NCBI GenBank assembly: GCA_036172245.1
Contig: JAYWIR010000158.1
Span: 1-54,352, forward strand
Length of the DNA: 54,352 nucleotides
Source: Raillietiella orientalis
Taxonomy: Eukaryota
Direction of reading: 5' to 3'
The notes under the pieces are model-generated. The model was given only the letters and a program-made list of their open reading frames with translations. It was not told where the DNA came from and did no database searches. Made by a program: the position numbers and the translations under genes. Of this stretch, positions 25,080 to 37,735 are shown in pieces (position 1 is the first letter of the stretch; each line of letters begins with the position of its first letter).

Positions 25080-28000
25080 TCAGTTCTCCCTGAGGGTGAA
25101 ACCAATCTTGTTCTTCCCCACGTCGATCCTCACGGTCACTCTTTCCAAAAACATGGTGGACAAGTACCAGGTCTGCTCATCCTCCGATTCTATAAACTTC
25201 AAGTAGCAATTCCCGGAATGCTAAACCAAAACGTGAAAAAGCGATTCACCATTTTGCACTTGGTATTCCTGAGGGGAAAGGTACGTTTGGTCTGCTACTG
25301 AAGGAAAGGATTTTCCGGTTCCATAAGGGTAAGATGAGTGAAACAAAGATGGGGGAAACTTTTCGCCGATTCCTCTCTGTGCAGCATCGAACGGAAGCTC
25401 TCGCAGTGTCGCTGCCAAAGTTAAAACGCTTTCTTGCGAAATACCGTCAAAAGTTGCGAAAATGAGTGCGCAACGCGCAAAGATGCGAACGCGCTGAACC
25501 TCCGCTGCAAAGGATTCTCCGCAATGAGGAAATCTCACTGACGTTACGTGTACGCTGCTGCTAATGGCCTTCGAAGAGTGGACATGCAAAGCGGAAGGAA
25601 CGGTGACCACGCGAGATCGAGCTCGTGTACGCGCGAGGGCAGTAAAAGTGTTGCTATTCCTCGACAGCTGGTTCCAGGAGCGCAAATTGCTCTTCGCCGC
25701 ACAGAGGAAGAGACGTAGGAAGCAAAGCAAGAAAAGGGGAGAACGAGGAGGCTGCATTCGTATAGGTGCTCTCTCGGGAAGACTCGTGGACATCACCTAC
25801 CTTCCAAATGTACTTTTGAGGCCTCAGAACTACTTCGAACTTCTCGGTAATTCTCACAAATATATCTGGAAAGCTGTCAGCGGTACATTGCAACTGAAAT
25901 AACGGTATGTTCAGCTGGATCGAAAGCGAGTTGTGGTCTGCAAACCTTATATACATTTTGCTGTTCATCTTTTTCAGCTCTCATTATAGAGACGAATTGC
26001 TTCACGATGGAAGGTGGAATTCTCATCAGAGTGGATTCTAGCTGGAGTACTCCGAACGGCTTTTTCGCGGTTACCAATGGTACGTTATTCCTCTCAACCA
26101 CTATGCTGAAGCACACGAAGGGGTACGTGTACTAAAGAAACTCATATCTTTTCGAAGATTTTACATCGAAAACACTACGCAACCCATCGCGAGTTTTCCT
26201 AGCAAATGACGGCCACCCACCAAGGGACATGCTGCTGGAACGAATCCACTTTCTTTGCTCTCCTCTGCCTGAGAATAGAAAGGAACTTTCTCAAGAATAG
26301 AAGCGGAACCGTGCGATCGTCTATTTCTTCGTGTAGTTCAACGAGCCACAAGGCAGGAATTCTGATCTCTTCCATGGTGATTCTCCTTTGCGAGCTTTAG
26401 CTCTTGAAGCGCCCATTACATGCCAAACTAGTTCGCCTCGATGTTCTCGAAGGAGGGCCCTCGAGGCCTCCCGAGTCCAGCAGCATCCTTCAGCGCACTC
26501 ACGAGGCCACCGATCCGGAATCCACGATTCCCGGAGACGAAACCTCACCGCGTAAGACATGAGGGAGCAGCATGGACATCAGGGCATACGCTCCTTTCCT
26601 GAAATGTCTGCGGACCACAACCACGGTAAGTCACCGTTGTGGCTTGCGTGCGAAACGCGCTTTCCCCTTCGAAGGCGGTCAGCATTCAGGTGGTCGTCAA
26701 GCGAGGGGGACCACCGGAATATTTTCCCCTCCGCGTGCCGACAGTTCCAAACTCGCAATTCCTTGAATGCTGCACCCGTTGCTTCCTTTTCTCTCTATCC
26801 ATTTCAAATGGCGGAAAATTTCCCAGAGTCACGCCAGCACGACTCCAGAATGAAGCCCTTTTCGATGTGCTCTGCTTTTCCTTTCAGCGGTCTTCGGCGG
26901 GAGAGCCATCGCGCCATCAAAAGCGAACATTTCCCTCTACTCTCACTCGATTCCTGGTTCCCCATGGGGAAGCTTTCTCAGCTGCTTGGCGCCGCATGAC
27001 GCGTTCTTTCGAGCTTCGGATTGCGTTGTGCGCACGCCTTTGGTGCATCATGGAAACCTCCATTCGGCGTCCAGACCTCTGGTTGACTGGACCAGGTCAT
27101 GGGGGCACGCGCACGTGTGAGGAAAATTCCCGTGGAGCCTTCTTGCTACCATCCAGATCTCCTCACCTTCCATCGGTGATTACGTGCTCACCATTTCGAA
27201 GCACGGAAGTGTCCTTCCGTTGCGGGGTAATTCGTTGCTCCACGGATCACTTTATCTCTTCCTACTTCTCTCCAGGGTTCTGAATCGAAAGTCTCCCAAT
27301 CCGTTCCATTTCTTCAAAGGAATTTGGAGTGGTCAAAGCCAAAATGAGTGTCATGTTGTAAGTTTTGATTCGATCCTCATCGTTTGTGCACGGAGCGGGG
27401 AAATGTTCTTCCGTTCCACTGCATTTGGAAGCGCCTTTCATTTCCTTCTTTGCATGTAGCGCGGAAAGAACTCGCCTTCCCTCTGCACGGAAGGACCAAC
27501 CGTACGAAGCGCCCGTCCCTCTATCAGATGCATGGTCACGTGCATTTCATGGATGTTACCTTTCTAGTTTGAACTTGTACATCTCTTTGTTCTTCTCAAG
27601 CTGAAGAGAGACGGTGCCTAGGTTGTCTACGGTTTCCGCGAATGTAATGTAGCTTTCCTGGTTGCTGGAATCGTCTGCAAAATAAGTGAGCATATCTTTA
27701 GGGACGCCTACTATTTCAAAGATATCTCGAGAATTTTTCTTTCGAGAGTTTTCAAAAGTCCTTTTAGAGCTACTGGGTTCAAGGGGAAGACTCCGTTGAA
27801 TGGAAGGTCTCCAATAAGTGATGATGTTGGACCGTATTGGAAATAGGAGAGTGGGAAGGACACAAATTTTTCATGTTTTGAAACCAGCTTAATCCAAACC
27901 TGAAAGAAGAATTCGCTTGAGCATCTCGGAAAGAATAAAAGCTTTGAAGTAGCGTGCAATCCAAGTTTTTGGATTTGCTTCGCTACTTCCTTAATGGTGA

Positions 28001-28698
28001 CGCCAATATATGATGAGCTCACTCTGAACCCCATCGCCACATTTTAGACACGCTCGGTTTTTGCTGACACCGATGAAGTGCGCATAAGACCATGCGAGAA
28101 GATGATCAAACGGTGGACGCACTGCCAGCGGGCGGTTTGCCCTCAGAGAACCAGGAAAAGGTTTGTACCTCAGACGTGTCTGACGTCACTTTTCCGTCCG
28201 CCGGAAAACCGAAGAAGTGGGTTTTCTTCACGCTGGTTTTCTGATCAGCTTTGGGGGCAAAGCTGCTGCGCTGCTCTGCAAGGAGAATGGGCTCCCACCG
28301 TTGATGCACTGTTTCGTGAGAGCATACTTACTGCACCACTGGGAAGAGCAGCTGGAATCTACGATCCACGCTTCGGAATGCGTCGTGCTGGGAACGAGGT
28401 CGACATCCTTCCTTTGGACTTTGACGTGCACCAAGTAGAGGCCCTGTTTTGCGTGATGCATGTGAATCGCTACTCAACTTCCCTACCTCTTTGTTCTGCA
28501 AGGCAAGTTGCATGGCGTCAGCAGCATCAGCATTCGGGAAGCTACGCGAGAGAATACGGAAAAGAAACAAAATTTAGAGCGTGCTTGTTGGAAATTGCAA
28601 ATTTGGGGGAAGAGAGAGAATGAGGAAAGGCCGTACTTCGTAATGGAGAGGAATCCTGCTGCCAAGACGACAAGAACCCGGTGCATTGGGGACAGCAT
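25080..28698 (-). CDS. Secreted pepsin-family aspartic protease homologue, predicted non-catalytic, paralogue B; 9 exons, ~340 aa
   Basis: Exons 28698-28637, 28541-28487, 28443-28332, 28275-28169, 27899-27712, 27664-27560, 26105-25946, 25893-25801, 25220-25080 (1023 nt). Intron phases match paralogue A and 8 of 9 exon lengths are identical. Motifs PSTTHSEAWIV, FNGVFPL, GVLQLESTLMRIP, WYLSTMFL..IDVGKNKIGF. Confidence 0.8.
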
Positions 28699-29499
28699 GT
28701 TCTTCCTGAGGCCTCAAGTTCTTTCTCCACGGTAGTCACGCAGTGAAAATGCCTTTGCGCTGCACTCGTGGGAAACTGTAAATTTATAGCGCGTTTTGAG
28801 AATTAAAATGCGCAGCTGCCGGATGGAATGAAAATAACTTAATAATATAATCTTTTTCCATTATCCGATGCTGATCTTCCTGAACTGCAGTGATCTTATT
28901 GACCTTGAATTTTTGCACAGGTCAACTGGAGGATGTGGAGAGACTACGCTGCTCTCAAAGGCAGGCTCTGCATGTTCCCTGTTCTCTCCTGGCATTTTCT
29001 ACCACTGTGCTTTGAGTGACAGGGACGAGAATCGACGGTAAAATTGTGGCGGCTGCATTGTGGGGAAGAGACAGCACAGGTGAACGTTGGTTAAGGCCTT
29101 ATTTGAGAAGCGTCAACTTTTCTCAGCGGTCGCTTTTCCTTCGCCATCTTCCGCCTGTTTTGCTCGTCCCGTGTCAAGCGGCACTTCGGTTTCTTCCGCG
29201 TCCCGCGTTCCCGCTTTCGCTTTCGCTCGTAGTACAATGTCGCGGACACTCCGAGTGCTTCTGTGTACCGGAACGATTGGCACCGAACCTGCTCCCTCGG
29301 ATGGTACACGGAACGACGGTTTCCTGTGCCACGCGAGTGAGCGGGTTTTCTGTACAAAGCGTGGAGACACGCGCACTTCCGCACGGGAAGGCGTTGACGT
29401 GCGAAGGACGTGCGTCAGAGGATGCGTGCGGTGAGGACACGTATCGCGGGCGCCTGATGGGCGTAGAAGAGCTTCACTCGTTAACACAGAGAAGAAGAA

Positions 29500-30480
29500 G
29501 ATGCCGTCCTCGCATGAAGCGACACGTCCACGTGTTGGCACTGGAATCGCAGTACTGGGGAAATGCGTTTTCCACGAGATTTTCGACGACCCCTTCTGTG
29601 TGGGGGCGTAGTAACGTGCTTATCGGTATCCGCGCACAGCTGATGATGATTTCATGACTTCGTGCCCGCACACTTCGCACCTTTTCCAGTACGCGATCTC
29701 AATTTCCGTGTACAATCTCGGGACTCGCGTAAACGCATTTAACGAGACGGTAGACGACTGCAATTACCGTTGCTTCCTTCTAAAGAAGGGAAATGGAAAT
29801 TGGACGATCAGTGGGAAGCCAAGAGAAAAGACGTGGTCGGGAAACAGCTATAGCGCGCCGCTTTCCAGGAGAGCCCAAACTGAAGCTTCGGGAGAAGCCG
29901 ACAAATGCATCTCAGTAAGACGAAGGGAAAGAAAGGAATCGCTGGGTTTATCCGGGGACTCAGGTGAGATCCACGTGGGTTCGTGTAGGGTGCCTTCGAG
30001 AAAGCAAAAAATTGAAATCGCTCGAGGGAAGAAAAAGGACAAGGGAAGGAGCGTCGAAGTTTCACTGCAGCATTCGTCTCCGCTTACGTAAAAAGATACT
30101 TGATGTAGTAAGTCAGGAGCACGGGTCATCAACGACGAAATTCCACGTAGGGCTGACGTCGGTGTTTGCTGCAAACATCGCCTGGTCGTGCAAACAAACA
30201 TCCTGCAAACATTTCAAGCCTTCCTGAGGCCACACTATTTATTCACTTCGGCAGCAACCCTTTTTGCAAACAGCGTACGATCCTTTATTTCAAGAAGCCC
30301 TGTACTGAGTACCGGTGGTCGAATACCCTGTATATCCAAAACTACTTTCGAGACTAAGATGGCAGCCTCAACCTGGTACGTCAGAATCATTTGCTTCGGA
30401 ATGGAATGTGATGCTGGCGACCCTGGTATTTGCGGTTGCGAGTTCTCGTATCGTTCTTGCATCGATGTGACCTGCAAAAG
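29500..30480 (-). pseudogene. Possible spliced gene remnant, vWA-domain-like
   Basis: AG/GT-bounded segment ~30374-30471 gives ELATANTRVASITFHSEA (similar to vWA tRVgvvtFss.a). The next segment WNFVVDDPCS* contains a stop. No MIDAS motif seen. Confidence 0.22.
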
Positions 30481-32599
30481 GAAACGTTCCGGCCACCGAT
30501 TTGAGAGGCTTCCGGTTTTCCTGCTCGTGTCGTACAGCGCGGAAGCACTCGTCCAAACACTGTCACCATCGCCGTGCCACGTTCGGGAGCCACGATTACG
30601 CTCTCAGCCGTTTGTCATCTTTCAGTACGTACCGAGAGACCATTCTGAATCACAAAAGAAATTTTCAATTACGAAATGTTATTTTCTTCATGCGGCGAGA
30701 AGTCAATGAGCCGGGTGACTCAATACGTGCTATTTATGAACATCATCGCGGGCTTGTGACCTCGGAGGTTAGCTGCGCGGGAAGGTACTCGACAACGGAT
30801 GGGGGAGAGGCGGAGGAATAAAGCTGCTTCAAGAACGGATCCGTGAGCCAGAAGCTCCGCGGGATTTCTACGGCGAAACCTACCCTGCAGCCTACCCCGC
30901 CAGCTGCCATTGCGCTTGCAGCTCATACCAGGAACCAGCACCGGGACTCATGGGATTCTTCTCGTTCCGAGAAGATGGCGGTGAGCGGTGCGGGAGACCC
31001 AAGGACGACGGTCCTGGAGTAGAAGACTTGACGGCTGCGGGAGACCCCAAGAGCGGACAGTCCGCCGCACGCAGTTCTCACGCGGCTGCTCCTACCGCGA
31101 AAGCCTCGCGCTGAGCCGCGGCAGCCTCGCTCCTCGAAGCAGCTGCGGAAAGCGAGTGCGCGCGAAACGGGATGCAGACGGGGAATACGCAGCTTCCTGG
31201 CAGATCAATTCGTCTCCGCTCAATCAGCAGCTGTCCTGACGGTTCCGAGAGTGATGGGGCCTGCAGCGAGGGCTCGGCATATCTCGATATCAGGTCGCAT
31301 GCTGATCGCTCGCGTCTTCAGACACAGCCCATTCCACCTCGGATGAAGAAAGTGCCGCCCAAAATCCCCGAACATCCTTAAAAACAAATGTTCATCGTAC
31401 TACAGTATACACGAACGTGTGCATTGATCTTATGTCAACATGTACAATAAACACATTATGAATTTTATTCATAATATGTATCCGTAAAGAAAAGTGAACA
31501 AATCTTCATTTGTTGAAGTGGATTCGCACACTGATCTATGTATACATATGTTTTTTTTTTTTGCCGTATCCATAATAGGAGCATATATTTCCCCAGTGAG
31601 AAAATTTCCAAGCAACCGGCTACCGGCACCTGCAGAGCCGCGGGAGCGCGGAATTCTTTGTCGAATGAAAGCCCTTCCTTCGACGAGACGACCCCACGCT
31701 CCTGGCGAGAGATCCGGGCGCGTGGGGTGTCCCGGGAGCAGGAAAGGAAGATTCGCACCGCGGTAGAGAAAGGGTCACACTTTCGGCTGCCGTCCCACAT
31801 TCGGCTCGAAGGGAGGGACTCTACAAGGCGTCCAATTTTTTTGGATTCCTGGAAGGGAGATTTCCTGGATTTCCAAGCGGAAGCGGCTTCGCTCCCTTCC
31901 AGGAAGGGAATGCAGCGCAGTGACGGTCGGGAGGTTCTTCAGTTCCGACTTGCGATGGTTCGCGCAGGCACCAGAAGGGATCCGCGGGGATTCGCCGCCT
32001 CCAGGATGAGCAGATGGAAAGGGGGGAGGGGATGCCGAAGATAGGCTGCCGCTCAGTCTCTGGCCACGTGGCGTTCCGTATCCGAAAGATCGAGACGTGC
32101 CATTCGTCCGTGGAAAGAAGTGGGAAGGGAACTGCCAGCAACAGTCGTTTCCTCCTGCGACGAAAAAAGACCGACGCGAGTCCCTCTCGCGCACTTCCGT
32201 GTTCCCGTTCCAACCTGGGCAGTCACCCGGATGAGATCCCGCTCTTTCCGGGTGGGGCGAAGCGGCAGGAATCGGGGAGCCGTCGCCCTGGGCGGGTGAC
32301 GAACGAGTGCGCGGCGTGGGAGGCGCGCTGTGCGAGCTGCACCATGAGCAGGCCACCGGGTCAGATGGATGCGAACTGCGGATGCCAGCGGAAGGCGCGA
32401 TGCGGTCTTCGAGCTGGCTTCCCTGCCGCGTGCCCATCAGGGCGTCGACTCGAGCAGACAGCACGCCAAACAAAGTGGCAAGATTGGCGCGTCTGCTTGA
32501 TTTGCTGCTGGGTCAGCTTCCCTGCCGGTCCAGGCAGATCCTCTCGCTGGGCGTCTGGTGAGCCTTCCGACAGACGGGACGGAATGCGGGTTCTTGGGA

Positions 32600-33560
32600 A
32601 AGAAAAGCTCCGCGTGCCAGAACGGGTCCCTGGTTCTGCCCGTTGCAGGAAGGAGGAGCAGCCGTGGCAGGTCGTCCAAGAGTAGCTGGAAGAAAGGCAG
32701 GATCTCGCATCGGATTCCAGGAGACCAAGACGAAGTCCTCGCCCCTTTGTTGCCGACATCCGAGGTCCGAAGAGTCATGCTGACGTGTTCGCACAGCAGG
32801 AAGCCGAAGCTCTTTCAATCGCGGACTCACGGAGGCGCTTTGATGAATCCTCTATAGTCCCTCGAGGGGCAGATCCCGATCTGCTTATGCCGCTGGAATG
32901 CTGAGGAGGAACGCGCGATGCTAGCAGCGTGCAGACAGGGCACGTGTGGTGTCGCATGGAGCAACAGCGAGGCAACGGGAGCAGCTTCCTGTCGATGTGA
33001 AGAGCGGAAACGGAACTGGAACACGCGTGCCCTGCAGTGCAGTCGATCCAAGATGCAGGAGATGACGCATGGAGGAAGAGAATAAGGCTGCTTGTTTTTC
33101 ACAGATGCTGTTATACGTGGCCGGGAGAAGGAGTGGTCGGTGCGCCCCCATGTACCTTGCCTGTCTTGGGCTGTCTTCCGCGCTCGCTCGCCAGGAAAAT
33201 GATTACGGCGAGAGGACGGTACCAGACAGGTCTCGAGGAATGTAAAGAAGCCAGAGCCCGTTCTTTTCCGTCCAGGGTTCGTCGTCCGTCCTTTGTTGCG
33301 GAGCCGAAGCTGAGAAATGCGGAGGATGCTGGGATACAAAAGGGGGAGGCGATCCCACAGAAGTTATCGAGAAGCAAAGGCGTAGGAATCCGCCAACTCA
33401 CGGGGAGGTGCGGTGCGTCTCGGGTGAAGAAGGCGCGAAGAAATGCCCTCCGAGGCCTCGAGACGAGCGGCGAGCGGGCTACTGCATGTGATGGTTCCGT
33501 ATCTCACCGTGAGAAACGGAAGCTGCGTGGCGACGAGCCAGGAAGAGAAACATGCAGCTG
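32600..33560 (+). mobile_element. Very decayed family-B-like non-LTR 3' fragment
   Basis: GLTEA, MPLE(W)..EERAML, SCRCEE.ETELEHACPAVQSI and MYLACL occur in the same order as the family B motifs. Confidence 0.45.
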
Positions 33561-33676
33561 AGGTTCTTGGGGGTCTCTGGAGCCGATCTCGGAAGATTTG
33601 CATCTCTTGAATTCCCGCAAGAGTGGGGAAGAGGAGGCCAGCAAGGAAGACTTCCGCTGAGAAAGTTGCGGGAAGC

Positions 33677-33794
33677 GTTCGCTGCCACACCACGCTGAAC
33701 GCACCGCCTCCCGTTCGATCGGCGAAGTTAAGAAGCGTCGGGCCCGGTCAGTACTTGGATGGGCGACCGCCTGGGAACCCCGGGTGCCGCGAAC
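33677..33794 (+). rRNA. 5S rRNA gene (near intact) with Pol III terminator
   Basis: 118 nt with terminal helix gttcgc/gcgaac, A box-like cgaagttaag, C box gtacttggatgggcgaccgcctgggaa, and TTTTT at 33800-33804. Two apparent helix mismatches. Confidence 0.93.
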
Positions 33795-36700
33795 GTCCCT
33801 TTTTGGCAGCGATGCGCATCTCCGGATCGACAATCGTTCCCGGGTTTGCAGATCCTCCCGACGTAGTTCGACTGGTCGCCAGTCCCCCTGCATCACCGGG
33901 GAGACCTCGATGCAGGACTTCGGCGACCGTGAAAGACGCCCGCGGGCTCCGGAAGGAATGCATGCCCCGGAAGGGCCGTCGGGGATTCCGCGCCGACTGG
34001 GCGTCTGGAGCTTTGCTTGGCCTCGCGGCGATTCGCGCGTGCTCCACCAAGGAACGGTCGCGGAAGCGGAGAGACTGGAGAACCCTGGAGCCCAACATCC
34101 TGACCGGACGGTCCCGCTTGGCCGCCTCGTCGGGCACTTTTCTTCCGCAGCATCCGTGCTCCGCCCCGCAGTCCCGCAGAAGTGTCCGACCCTGGCGGCG
34201 ACTCCGCAGGTGGATGGCGGCACCGGGCGTCCTCGTGCTGAAGAGGGAGATGCGGCTCCACCTGAGGTCGATGGCGTCGATTGTGGAGGGCAGGGCTGGA
34301 TGCGGCACCGGTACCAGCCTGGGCTCCATACTCTGCGGCGGGCAGGTGGCCGCGTTGCCAACCGGCGCCGCCGCCCCGCCATCGTTGAAAGCACTCGGCT
34401 CACAGCGGACAGCATCAGCGTTGGATCACGTGGCCCAGCCCCTACCACCCAGCGACGAGCCTTTCGAGGGCGCCCGCTTCGGCAGCAGACCGAGGGCGGA
34501 AGAACAAAAATGCAAAAAATAAATAAATAATGAATTGAATGAATAAAAAGGACTGGAACAAAGTTCAGTAGGGTCCGGTGGGCAGAAGAACTGCTGTCCA
34601 GCTGGCGGCCGTCGCCTGCATCCTTCCTGGAATTCCGGCAGCTTCCACCTGCACAGGTTAAGTCGACTGGCAAAGCCGCGGCCGGGGAGGTTCCCTTCCT
34701 CCGACGCGCCCATGTGCCATGGAAATGGGCGAAGCCACTCGAGCTTCCAGTCTTCACGCGTAGCTTCTGCGGCGGCGGACGGTCCACCGGCGACAGCGAA
34801 ACGCAGCAAGCAACCCGTCACGTGCAATACGGGAACACCGGGAAGATATGGTGCAGCGTAGAGAGCGTTCGCTCTCGGTGGGGCATCGCCGAACAGCGGC
34901 TCAGCCCGCAAGCAGCGTGAGAGGTCGCTTCCTTCTCTTCCGGCAGCGATCCTCGCGGACTTCAGGTGAATCGCAGCGAGACGGGAAGTGCGTGGAGCTC
35001 CCACCTGCGTGAGCGCACCTCAAGTCTCCGGTTGCCCAAGCAAGGTACCGGGGAGCAGTGAAAACGGTTCCGACCATGACGGTGCGGAAGGAGCGGAGAG
35101 GCGCCAGCAGCCCGCGGCGGCTCGTTGCCCATCGACTCGTTGGCGTGCAAGGAACGCCGGGATCGCGAAAACCTCCGCCTTCCATGGCAATGTCGCCCCG
35201 CCTTGCGCGGCGCTCTGAATGCTGGTCGCGTGTTGCGCGAGACATGCGGTGGAGCGTGGAAGGCGTGGACAGAAGTCCGACGGAGAGACCAGCGAGCGCG
35301 GTTCAAGAGATTTCGGTGGGAGGCCGCGCCTTCCACCCGACGAAGGGTCTCCTCGTGAGGAGCTGCCCCCCCGTAGAATGGGACGGGAGCTCGGAACGCG
35401 CGGCGGGGCAGAGCAGAAGGAGGCGGCGCCTTTGGTCCCTTCTGCCCGCGGCAAGGCCCACGCAGAGAGGCACGGGACGGCCGGACGAGCGCAGCTGCCC
35501 TTCCCTCCCGCTCCGCTGTAGACCCCGCGCCAGAGGTCTCTCCTCGCTCTGCGGTCCCGCCTTTGGCCCAGAAAGTCCGTCGATCCACCTCACTCGCGGG
35601 AGTCTACGAAGTGCGCCGCCCAGCGCCGCGCATCCGACGCTGTACGACCGGGGCGGATGGAACGCGCGCCTCTCGCAGCAAAACGCCGTGTTGGGCGGCC
35701 GTTCGTTCCGAAGAACCGCACTTGCTTTCCTCCAGACTGCAGACACTGCTGAGATGCCGCAACGGTCCAAAGAAAGAGGAAAGAGATGTTGGATCTCAAC
35801 GCCGGAAGGACTCGAGTCTCCGGCGGAAGACCTGGTCGCTCCTTCTGTAAGTGAACGGGATCCCTGAGAAGGGGGTGGTGGCTGCGCATTCACCGCGACT
35901 GCCTGAAGCACCAGACGTCACGGAGGCCAGGAGATGGTGCTGCTGCAGGAAGGGCTGGCCGCCAAGAGGACGAGTGGGCAAGCAGGAGTGGCGTCGTCGG
36001 TTGCTCCGCGGTGCGGGCTCAGCAGCGACCTTGCCAGCCGCGCTCGCACCAACACCCGCAGCGGGAGGCACGATGTCCGCATCTCTTCCGTCGTCCTGAC
36101 GATACCGACGCCAGCTGGCGCCTGCTAACGTATGCCGAGAGGAAGAGAAGAAGAAAACGTCCGGCTTGTGCAAACAGCGCGGACTCTGTCCACGCACGTC
36201 GAGATGACCCCTTCGGTCAACATAGAGAGCAGCACACGATTCTTGGACTCCTTCTCTCCGTTCTCCTGAGCAACGCCCTCGGTGCCAACTTGCCAACTCC
36301 AGCCAGCTGGAGTCCCGCCCAGGTAGCAGAGGAAAGATGCTGCGGCGAAGCAGAGGAAAAGGGCAGGGAGCCCTCGGAGGAAACGGTCATCGAGCGTGCG
36401 CGAGTTTGCATCACTCGTCGCCCCCCGGCGCGCGAGTTTACGGAGCAGCCAAATCACCAGGGAGACGTGCGGGGAGGGACGAGTGCCTCCCTATGCCGAG
36501 CCCTTCCTCCCGCAGGAACCAACAGACGTTGCATCCAAAAGGAGGCGGAAGGCCGGAGCCCTATGCGATGACGCCCATGTTTCTGGAAGTAAAAGGGCGC
36601 CGCCACCCGTGGGAGCATGGCACCAGACGCCAAGAGGAATCGCTGGGCGTTGGAGCGCCAACGGCAATTCGAGTACGCCTCGACGTGTCCGCAGCTGCGA

Positions 36701-37735
36701 CCGCCGCGCCTCGGGCAGTCGTCGGTGCCTCCCACCATCCGCTGAGCGTGGCGAACGTTGGCGAAGATTCGGTGGCCGCAGGCCGCACGCGCAAGCGAAG
36801 AGCCGGCGAACAGCGAGCAGGCGCCAGGAGGTGAGGCGCCACGAGAGGAGAAGCCACCTCGCGCGCAAGAAAACGTGGCCGGTGCGAGCGAGCCGTGGTC
36901 CACCGCGACCAACCCGCCATAGGGCGCGCGCGCACGCGGTCGCAGGCGGTCGGACGCCGCCGTCCTCCGCATCGATCGCAGCCGGGCGCCGGCGCACGCG
37001 GTCGCGCTCTGCCAGCCCCTTGGCGGCAGCCTCTTCCTTCGAAGGAGGGCGCGCAGGCGTCTCGCGAGGGGCCAATCAGCAGCCGAGGACACCGCCGAGA
37101 GGACGGGCGAGGGACGCGCCCGCGACAGGCTCAGCCCCGAACGCGGCTCCCTGAACTCCAGCACGGGCACTGCTCGGCACGGAGCGGATCTTCGCGCGCC
37201 CGCGGCGGCCGGGGTCACGGGATGAAAACCCGGGGTAGCCTGGACAAATTTACCCACCCTCGCCAGACGAAGGGCCGCACTGCAGTCAGCATTCGTGGAG
37301 ACGTCTTAGATCAAGCAGCCGATCCTGGAGAACCGACGGCGGGTTGGTGGCGGAGGCGGACGATGCACCCTCGATAGGGGTGAGGCAGGGAGGACCAGCA
37401 GCCGTCCAGTCAGTCGACGAGGAGTGAAACCGCGTACCCGGAAAGGTCATACGATCCGAACTCAAGAGCATTCGTCGCAAGCGATTCCACCGATCGATGC
37501 ATGCTCGGGGCGCGAGGGGCAGCTAGCAGCCGCCCCCCACGACGACGACACCCCGGGGCGCGCGATCCCGCTCCAAGAAAAGAAGGGCAGCCCCGCACGG
37601 GCCCAGCATCTGCACTTCCTCGGCTTTATTTCCAGGGAGGGCTGAGGATTCTAGCAAACCCGCGGTGGGGGAAAGCGCGGGCTGACTACGCTCCCCTGGC
37701 AGTGCGGACGGAAGACGCGCGGGGGCTCACGACCC

